This document shows positions 29,854 to 35,719 of a stretch of 35,719 bases of DNA, piece by piece. Made by a program: the position numbers and the translations under genes. Below the pieces are notes generated by a model. That model did not search any database. It worked only from the letters and a program-made list of their open reading frames with translations, and was not told the origin of the DNA. Position 1 is the stretch's first letter, and each line of letters begins with the position of its first letter. The DNA is taken from sequence record SRR22947725_2340, one strand, 5' to 3'.

Positions 29854-30816
29854 TTAGTTCCCGAGCAAGGAAACCATCCTCTTACCCAGAGCATCCCCGA
29901 TTAAAAAATAGCTTTCTGCATTTCCGAACCAATGGTGCCCATGTCCAACATTGGGCGACTCTTCCTTCGGACGGGCAAACGGAGTGGTTCTTACAAATGA
30001 GACTTTTCCCTTCCATTCCTTCCGCTCGCAGGCACTCCGTTGTGCCATCCTAATCATCTTCATCTTCTCACCTGCCTCTTCACCCATGTTCCCCAGTTCA
30101 CCCACAACAACGGGCAGATCCGGTTGTTGAAAATGGACTCGTAAATCCTGGACCAGATGGACTAGGTTGTTCTCGTACCCGGCAAGGGCATCCGGATCAA
30201 ACATATCATTCCAACCCTGAAACCAAATAAATCCTCCCCATTTTGGAATACGGTTCTTCAGGGTGGGAAATTCATCCCTGTAATGATCCAGGGCTTCCTT
30301 TACTTCGAACAACATTTTTTGATAATACTCTCCTGTCTCTCCACCCGCGGAAGGGGGACGAAAGTCCTTGTGTAAACTCTTTCCACCCCACGCAGTCTTG
30401 ATCAGGAGAACCGGTTCTTTAAAATAATTTCCCAGTCGATGCCCGATCTGGAGCTCCGGTCCAATATGGTGCCGGTTATTCATACTTCCATATCCGGTAA
30501 ACCCGATGCTTACCCCTCCTGCCATCACTCCCTGCTTATTTCTATAACGAATAAAAGCATCCTCCCGCTCAATCCATTTCCCCTTACTGTCCTGCAAATG
30601 GTTAAATAGACGGGGTGTCTTAGTCTGTTCTATAATTCGTACCAAAGTACCCTTGCCCCCGTTGTAATATTTCGGATGATCCATATCCACAACGCCCTGC
30701 CCTTGCATATTGGACTGACCAGCCAATAAAAACACCTGAAATATATTACTATCAGTTTCTTCAGCTGTTACTTGAAATATGCCCAGCAAAAAATAAAAGA
30801 CAGGCTGGACTCTCAT
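29854..30816 (-). CDS. SASA/DUF303 SGNH esterase (sialate/carbohydrate O-acetylesterase-like)
   Basis: Signal peptide. [31 protein letters not shown] and HHWFGNA. ATGA overlap with the upstream dehydratase stop. Confidence 0.88.
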   Translation of the reverse strand: MRVQPVFYFLLGIFQVTAEETDSNIFQVFLLAGQSNMQGQGVVDMDHPKYYNGGKGTLVRIIEQTKTPRLFNHLQDSKGKWIEREDAFIRYRNKQGVMAGGVSIGFTGYGSMNNRHHIGPELQIGHRLGNYFKEPVLLIKTAWGGKSLHKDFRPPSAGGETGEYYQKMLFEVKEALDHYRDEFPTLKNRIPKWGGFIWFQGWNDMFDPDALAGYENNLVHLVQDLRVHFQQPDLPVVVGELGNMGEEAGEKMKMIRMAQRSACERKEWKGKVSFVRTTPFARPKEESPNVGHGHHWFGNAESYFLIGDALGKRMVSLLGN

Positions 30817-31916
30817 GAAATCACAAATTCAGGATCACCGAGCACATCCATCATGGGCTCGATCCCCAATCCTGGTGCCGTGGATGAAGCCATTCGTCCC
30901 TTTACCCGCTGCGGAGCACCATCCGCCAGGGGTTGGGTAACATAACTATTAAAATCGGTGGCGGTGAACAAAAAATCGGAAGGTGTGCTGTGGGCCAGAT
31001 GAGCGATCGCTGCGGTGACAATATCTCCGCCCCAGGTATCTTCCAAGGTCATCGCAACGCCGAGGGACACACACAGATCTCTTGCCTGCTTGGCCCGGGT
31101 TAAACCTCCAAACTTACTGATCTTGATGTTAACCACATCCATGGCCAGGTCATGGGAAGCCTTGAGAATTTCGGGCATTCCATCAATCACCTCATCTAAA
31201 ACAAAAGGCAGGTTCGTGTGTTGCCGAACCGAGAGGCAGTCCTCATAGCGTAAGCAGGGTTGCTCGATGTATACATCGATATCTCTCACTGCCTCCACTA
31301 CACGCATGGCCTCATGCTTAAGCCAGCCGGTGTTGGCATCAGCCACCAATTTATCTCCGGGTTGCAACTGAGCGGATGCCTGGCGTATTCTTTCGATATC
31401 CGTATCCGGGTCCCCTCCCACCTTTAACTGAAAGCGCCGGTATCCTTCCTCCCGGTACCCTGCAATCTTTTTTGCCATTTCCTCCGGACTTTCCTGGGAA
31501 ATTGCACGGTAAAGAACAAAGTCCTCTCCATACGCACCACCCAGTAATGAGCTGACAGGTAAACCCGAGACTTTCCCCAAAATATCCCAACACGCGACAT
31601 CAATAGCCGATTTCACATAAGGATGCCCCTTCATCGCCTGATCCATGAGACGATTCAGTTTTTCCAAATGTAAGGGGTTCTCCCCAAGAAGACTCGGACC
31701 CAATTCCTCAATCCCGACCCGTACACCTTTTGCATAGGAAGCCAAGTAAACCGGTCCAAGAGGACAGACTTCGCCATAACCAGTGACTCCCTCGTCCGTC
31801 TCCACTCCCACAATGGTGGAATCAAAAGTTTCAACCGACTTCCCCCCCGACCATTTGTAATCTCCTTCATGCAAAGGCAAATCGACTTGCCATACCGTAA
31901 TTTTAGAAATTTTCAT
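30813..31916 (-). CDS. cis-3-hydroxy-L-proline dehydratase-like enzyme (enolase superfamily, MLE subgroup)
   Basis: [77 protein letters not shown] and ATDFNSY match the recalled Labrenzia c3LHyp dehydratase. Located in a Hyp cluster. ATG at 31916 preferred. Confidence 0.8.
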   Translation of the reverse strand: MKISKITVWQVDLPLHEGDYKWSGGKSVETFDSTIVGVETDEGVTGYGEVCPLGPVYLASYAKGVRVGIEELGPSLLGENPLHLEKLNRLMDQAMKGHPYVKSAIDVACWDILGKVSGLPVSSLLGGAYGEDFVLYRAISQESPEEMAKKIAGYREEGYRRFQLKVGGDPDTDIERIRQASAQLQPGDKLVADANTGWLKHEAMRVVEAVRDIDVYIEQPCLRYEDCLSVRQHTNLPFVLDEVIDGMPEILKASHDLAMDVVNIKISKFGGLTRAKQARDLCVSLGVAMTLEDTWGGDIVTAAIAHLAHSTPSDFLFTATDFNSYVTQPLADGAPQRVKGRMASSTAPGLGIEPMMDVLGDPEFVIS

Positions 31917-31927
31917 TGCCTGTACAT

Positions 31928-32875
31928 TTATTGTGATCCGACCCAGTTCTTCCACCAACTTTTAAAAATTCGCCACTGCTTATGAATGAATTCTCGTTGC
32001 GAAGGATTTAATTCATCCGATGAATTGAGCTGATGGGTATATTCCTCAAAACCTTCAAGCACCATCAATTCCTTATAATAAAGAACCAGGTCAGGCCCCT
32101 CATCAAACTTCGACAGAACGGACATCGCGGAATCCAACTCAATAGCCAGCCGGCGTGACTCCACATTCCCCTCGGCCGCTTCCCGGCAAAGTTCAATTAA
32201 TCGCAGAACCGGTTTGGGCAGGGCATTCCCCACTCCGGTGATTGCTCCCACCGCTCCGCAATTCACAAATCCATGAAAGACCTGGGTATCAACGCCAACC
32301 ATCAGAGCCAGCCCCTCATCTCCACTGGTAATGTGTTCAGCCGCATAAGTGAGGGATTCCGCTCCACCAAATTCCTTAAAGCCCACCAAGTTGGAGAATT
32401 TCTTTTGCAATTTAAAAAACAAATCCGCTTTGGTCTCAAATCCGTAGTATGGACTATTATAAATCACCGCAGGCAGATCTCCTCCCGCTTCGAGAACGGA
32501 GGAAAAATGAACTTCCTGGGCAATCGGGGATATCCCGCGGGAAAGAACCCGGGGAATAATCATCAACCCGTCGGCTCCCACTTCTCGGGCATGCGCAGCG
32601 TGTGATACCGCACCCTGAGGGCTTTGTGCACCCGTTCCCACAACGGTGGGGATACCCGCTTCCACTAAACGCGTCACTCCTTCCTGTCTCTGCATATCCG
32701 AAAGCAATGGCCAATCACCCATTGAACCACAATAAACAACTCCGTTCATTCCGGCTTGCATCAGATGACCAGCGGTTTTCACCAACGCATCATAATCAGG
32801 TTTACGATCATTGGAACACGGAGTCATCAGAGCGGGAATACATCCCCGGAAAATATTTTGGGCGGAGTCAGTCAT
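31928..32875 (-). CDS. DHDPS-family protein, probable delta1-pyrroline-4-hydroxy-2-carboxylate deaminase
   Basis: [28 protein letters not shown] (Schiff-base Lys) and GAITG. Adjacent to a Hyp epimerase and a D-amino acid dehydrogenase. Confidence 0.8.
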   Translation of the reverse strand: MTDSAQNIFRGCIPALMTPCSNDRKPDYDALVKTAGHLMQAGMNGVVYCGSMGDWPLLSDMQRQEGVTRLVEAGIPTVVGTGAQSPQGAVSHAAHAREVGADGLMIIPRVLSRGISPIAQEVHFSSVLEAGGDLPAVIYNSPYYGFETKADLFFKLQKKFSNLVGFKEFGGAESLTYAAEHITSGDEGLALMVGVDTQVFHGFVNCGAVGAITGVGNALPKPVLRLIELCREAAEGNVESRRLAIELDSAMSVLSKFDEGPDLVLYYKELMVLEGFEEYTHQLNSSDELNPSQREFIHKQWRIFKSWWKNWVGSQ

Positions 32876-32923
32876 GGGATAATTACTTTACGGTTCATTA
32901 TCATGATCGATCAATTTTAAAAA

Positions 32924-34174
32924 CTAGAACCTGAGAGGAGAATAGGCAGAGGGATCAATATGAGGTTCATCCCCACAAATCATCTCTTTAATCAAACGAC
33001 CTGTTGAGGGAGCCAAACTTAACCCGAGCATATTATGCCCGGTGGCCAGGTAGGCATTATCAATTTGAGGAACCTGCCCCACAATCGGCAGACTGTCCCA
33101 GGTCATCGGACGCCAACCGTACCATGTGTCTTCAGCCGGACCCTCCACATCAGACCTTAAAAATGGCCGGGCGGAGTCTCTCAATAATTTTAGTCTGCGA
33201 GCAGGAATCGATTCATCGTACCCGACAAATTCCATCATCGAGCCCAAACGAAATCCATTCTCAAAGGGAGAAACCCCAATTTTTTTCTCTGGAAAAAGCA
33301 TTGGATAGAACGGGGAATCCTCCGGTCTCTTCATCGTCAGGGAGTATCCCTTCCCCGGTTCGATCGGAATCGAACATTCGAGAGAATCCGACCATTTTGA
33401 ACTCCACGCACCGAGGGCAAAAACAAAATAATCCGCATCCAGTATTCCGTCCTTCACCTGTAACCGCACCACTTTACCTCCCTCCTTTTCGACCTCCTGC
33501 AATGCAGTATTTTCAATAAATTCAACTCCCTGCTTTCGTAACTGCTCCACCCATGCCTGGTTAAGCTTTTCCGGATTCAGGGATGTGTCTCCCCGGTAAT
33601 GATAAGCTCCGGCTAATCCAGCACGAAGCCCCGGTTCCAATGCAGTAAGATCAGAACCCTCCAGTCTCACCGCTGAAACGCCAAAGTTTTCTTCGAGCAT
33701 CTGATCTGTCTTGGCAAACGCATTCATGCCCTCCTCCGTTTCATACACATAAAGCAAACCACGCTCCTGCCATTCACATTGTTTGGAAAATCTTTTCATC
33801 AATAAATGATATTCCTCCATCGATGCATCCAGAATGGACTGCAATACCTCACCCGTCTGCAAGACTTGTTGGTGAGTACATCGCCTGGCGAACTGCCACA
33901 TCCATTGCCACAGGGCAGGACTGGGCCGTAACTTTAAATGAAAGGGAGATTCCCGGTTCAATATTGATTTAAGGGCAACTCCAATGGCTCCCGGTTCGGT
34001 CAATGGTGGAATGTGACTCGGACAGATATACCCGCAATTTGCCCGGGAGCATGCCCCGCCCGCTTTCCCTTGATCTAGAACGGTCACCTCAAATCCGGCT
34101 TCCGACAGGTAATGGGCACATGCAATTCCAATGACACCCGCCCCGGCAATGACCACTCTCTGCTTGGAATTCAT
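32924..34174 (-). CDS. FAD-dependent D-amino acid dehydrogenase (DadA-like), probable cis-4-hydroxy-D-proline dehydrogenase
   Basis: GAGVIG Rossmann motif, CSRANCG, PGKGYS, WYGWRPMT.D.LP and ATGHNMLG. ATG at 34174 avoids overlapping the epimerase gene. Confidence 0.85.
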   Translation of the reverse strand: MNSKQRVVIAGAGVIGIACAHYLSEAGFEVTVLDQGKAGGACSRANCGYICPSHIPPLTEPGAIGVALKSILNRESPFHLKLRPSPALWQWMWQFARRCTHQQVLQTGEVLQSILDASMEEYHLLMKRFSKQCEWQERGLLYVYETEEGMNAFAKTDQMLEENFGVSAVRLEGSDLTALEPGLRAGLAGAYHYRGDTSLNPEKLNQAWVEQLRKQGVEFIENTALQEVEKEGGKVVRLQVKDGILDADYFVFALGAWSSKWSDSLECSIPIEPGKGYSLTMKRPEDSPFYPMLFPEKKIGVSPFENGFRLGSMMEFVGYDESIPARRLKLLRDSARPFLRSDVEGPAEDTWYGWRPMTWDSLPIVGQVPQIDNAYLATGHNMLGLSLAPSTGRLIKEMICGDEPHIDPSAYSPLRF

Positions 34175-34184
34175 TAGGAAAGAT

Positions 34185-35117
34185 TCAAATTCCTTCGCGA
34201 AACGGATCACCCTCCTGCCAAAGTAATTCTCCCCGCGATGAAAGATGTGCGGTTCCCGTAATTCTCGGTAATATCTTAGAATCATCAATCCACTGGTACG
34301 ACCCCTCAAAAACACTTCCAATGATACTCTCCTGCACCCATGTTTCACCGGGCTTCAATTTCCCGTCCTCCGCGAGGCAGGCAAGTTTTGCACTTGTTCC
34401 CGTCCCACACGGGGAACGATCATAAGCCCCGCCCGGACAAAGTACGAAATTCCGACTCTGCACACCTTCCAGTGGGGAGGGTTCAAATAATTCAATGTGA
34501 TCAATCACTCCGCCGTCCTCTCCGCATATTCCAGCATCCTCAAGTGCCGATCGAATGTGTAATGTATGTTCAGTTAATTCTTTGATTTTTGGGGAGTCCA
34601 AGGGCAACGGACTGTCTTCCACCAAAAAAAACCAGTTTCCTCCCCATGCAAGGTCGCCGGTTATTTTCCCAAACCCCTCGACTTCAACTTGCACTGATTT
34701 TTTATAGCGGTAGCTCGGCACATTCCGGATCGATACCCGATGGGCGGAGTGCAATTCAGCCTCCACTATGCCCACCGGAGTTTCCAATCGAAGAGTACCC
34801 AATCCAACCCGACCCATTTCATACAAGGTAACGGCAAGTCCGATCGTTCCATGCCCGCACATTCCAAGATACCCGACATTGTTAAAAAAAATCACTCCGG
34901 CATCGCAGGTTTTGTCATGAGGTTCACAGAGCAAAGCTCCCACCATGGCCTCCCATCCTCTTGGTTCATTGATCACCGCACGCCGAAATCCGTCCTGTTC
35001 CTTTTGAAAGATCTCCATTCTCTGAGCAAGCCTCTCCGTCCCCAAATCCGGGCCTCCAGAAACGATCACCCGGGTGGGTTCACCCCCGGTATGCGAGTCA
35101 ATAAATTGCACCTTCAT
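34185..35117 (-). CDS. lhpA: 4-hydroxyproline 2-epimerase (proline racemase family)
   Basis: DSHTGGEPTR, VGYLGMCGH and DRSPCGTGTSA (both catalytic Cys present), WGGNWF, plus operon context. Confidence 0.88.
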   Translation of the reverse strand: MKVQFIDSHTGGEPTRVIVSGGPDLGTERLAQRMEIFQKEQDGFRRAVINEPRGWEAMVGALLCEPHDKTCDAGVIFFNNVGYLGMCGHGTIGLAVTLYEMGRVGLGTLRLETPVGIVEAELHSAHRVSIRNVPSYRYKKSVQVEVEGFGKITGDLAWGGNWFFLVEDSPLPLDSPKIKELTEHTLHIRSALEDAGICGEDGGVIDHIELFEPSPLEGVQSRNFVLCPGGAYDRSPCGTGTSAKLACLAEDGKLKPGETWVQESIIGSVFEGSYQWIDDSKILPRITGTAHLSSRGELLWQEGDPFREGI

Positions 35118-35143
35118 TATGATTCGAAAAAAGTCACCAAGCT

Positions 35144-35719
35144 CTAATCCTTGCTCACTAAAGCTTCCGCAAAGGCCTTACCGATCTGTGCCATGGTTTT
35201 AGCACTTCCATAATAATGATAACCGCCATTCGATTTTGCTATCCTCGCATAGGCTTCCTCTTTTTCACTAATCAATTTTGTACGGTATTTCTCAATATAC
35301 TCTTTTTGCTCCTGAGCAGTCATCGACCCGTCACGGTTTGAGTGATCTTTGTGCTTATTTTTAAGAAAGCCGGCCATTTGCTTAACCCGTTCCTGATTAT
35401 CTTCCAGTTCCTTCAAACGCATATCCCAAAATTTGGCCGTTCTCACCTCAAACACATTCCCTTTAAATTCCGGCATCGACGCAGGGGCAGCCATTGCCTC
35501 CCGGAACGCACCATGGATCGGAACATACCGTGGACTGGCATATTTTTCCAACGGTCCACCGACTCCCATCACGCCAATGACAAACTTCATCTTCGGTGCA
35601 TTGAGATCCTTTCGTACATCTCCAATAAAATGAGCCAAACAATCCGTATACGCATCATACCCTCCCGGTTGGCCGCGATTCGGATAAGTCCCACTGGCCA
35701 CCATATCATTCCATCCCTG
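35144..35719 (-). CDS. SASA/DUF303 SGNH esterase, 5' part outside the window
   Basis: The frame stays open to the window edge and reads QGWNDMV.., the same block as WFQGWND in 29854-30816. C-terminal GYHYYGSA..GKAFAEA. Confidence 0.8.
   Translation of the reverse strand, partial: QGWNDMVASGTYPNRGQPGGYDAYTDCLAHFIGDVRKDLNAPKMKFVIGVMGVGGPLEKYASPRYVPIHGAFREAMAAPASMPEFKGNVFEVRTAKFWDMRLKELEDNQERVKQMAGFLKNKHKDHSNRDGSMTAQEQKEYIEKYRTKLISEKEEAYARIAKSNGGYHYYGSAKTMAQIGKAFAEALVSKD

Noticed and set aside
31928-32875. dapA (lysine biosynthesis)
   Set aside because: It has GSMGD rather than GTTGE and lies in a hydroxyproline cluster.
34175-34348. 58-aa N-terminal extension of the FAD dehydrogenase
   Set aside because: It overlaps the epimerase 3' end, and the Rossmann motif begins right after the ATG at 34174.

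Overview
Gene-dense bacterial window, most likely from a PVC-superphylum organism, probably a marine Verrucomicrobiota. This is inferred from the PVC-typical DUF1549/DUF1553 plus DUF1501 pair, two large propeller/HEAT/cytochrome c proteins and several sulfatases. Left to right: (i) the end of an array of palindromic REP-like elements; (ii) a trypsin-like protease, a CxxCH dehydrogenase-like protein fused to DUF1080, a DCC thiol oxidoreductase and an FKBP PPIase; (iii) a DUF1549/1553, DUF1501 and DNPH1-like operon; (iv) an AraC regulator divergent from a tightly coupled 14.3 kb, 8-gene glycan operon (ThuA/propeller/cytochrome c/CBM protein, Lin0857-like GH130, DUF1861/GT108 Leishmania MTP-like enzyme, unknown secreted protein, Na+/solute symporter, three sulfatases), the best candidate for an undescribed system, namely beta-1,2-mannan metabolism, possibly of a sulfated substrate; (v) an MGMT-domain protein, a PHP/DUF3604-like protein and a TolB-like propeller; (vi) a hydroxyproline catabolic cluster bracketed by two SASA/SGNH esterases. 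Five genes have TTGAC(C/T) 34-35 nt before their start codon, suggesting leaderless transcripts. No rRNA, tRNA, CRISPR array, transposase or integrase was recognised. All family assignments come from motif recognition and recall, not from database searches.
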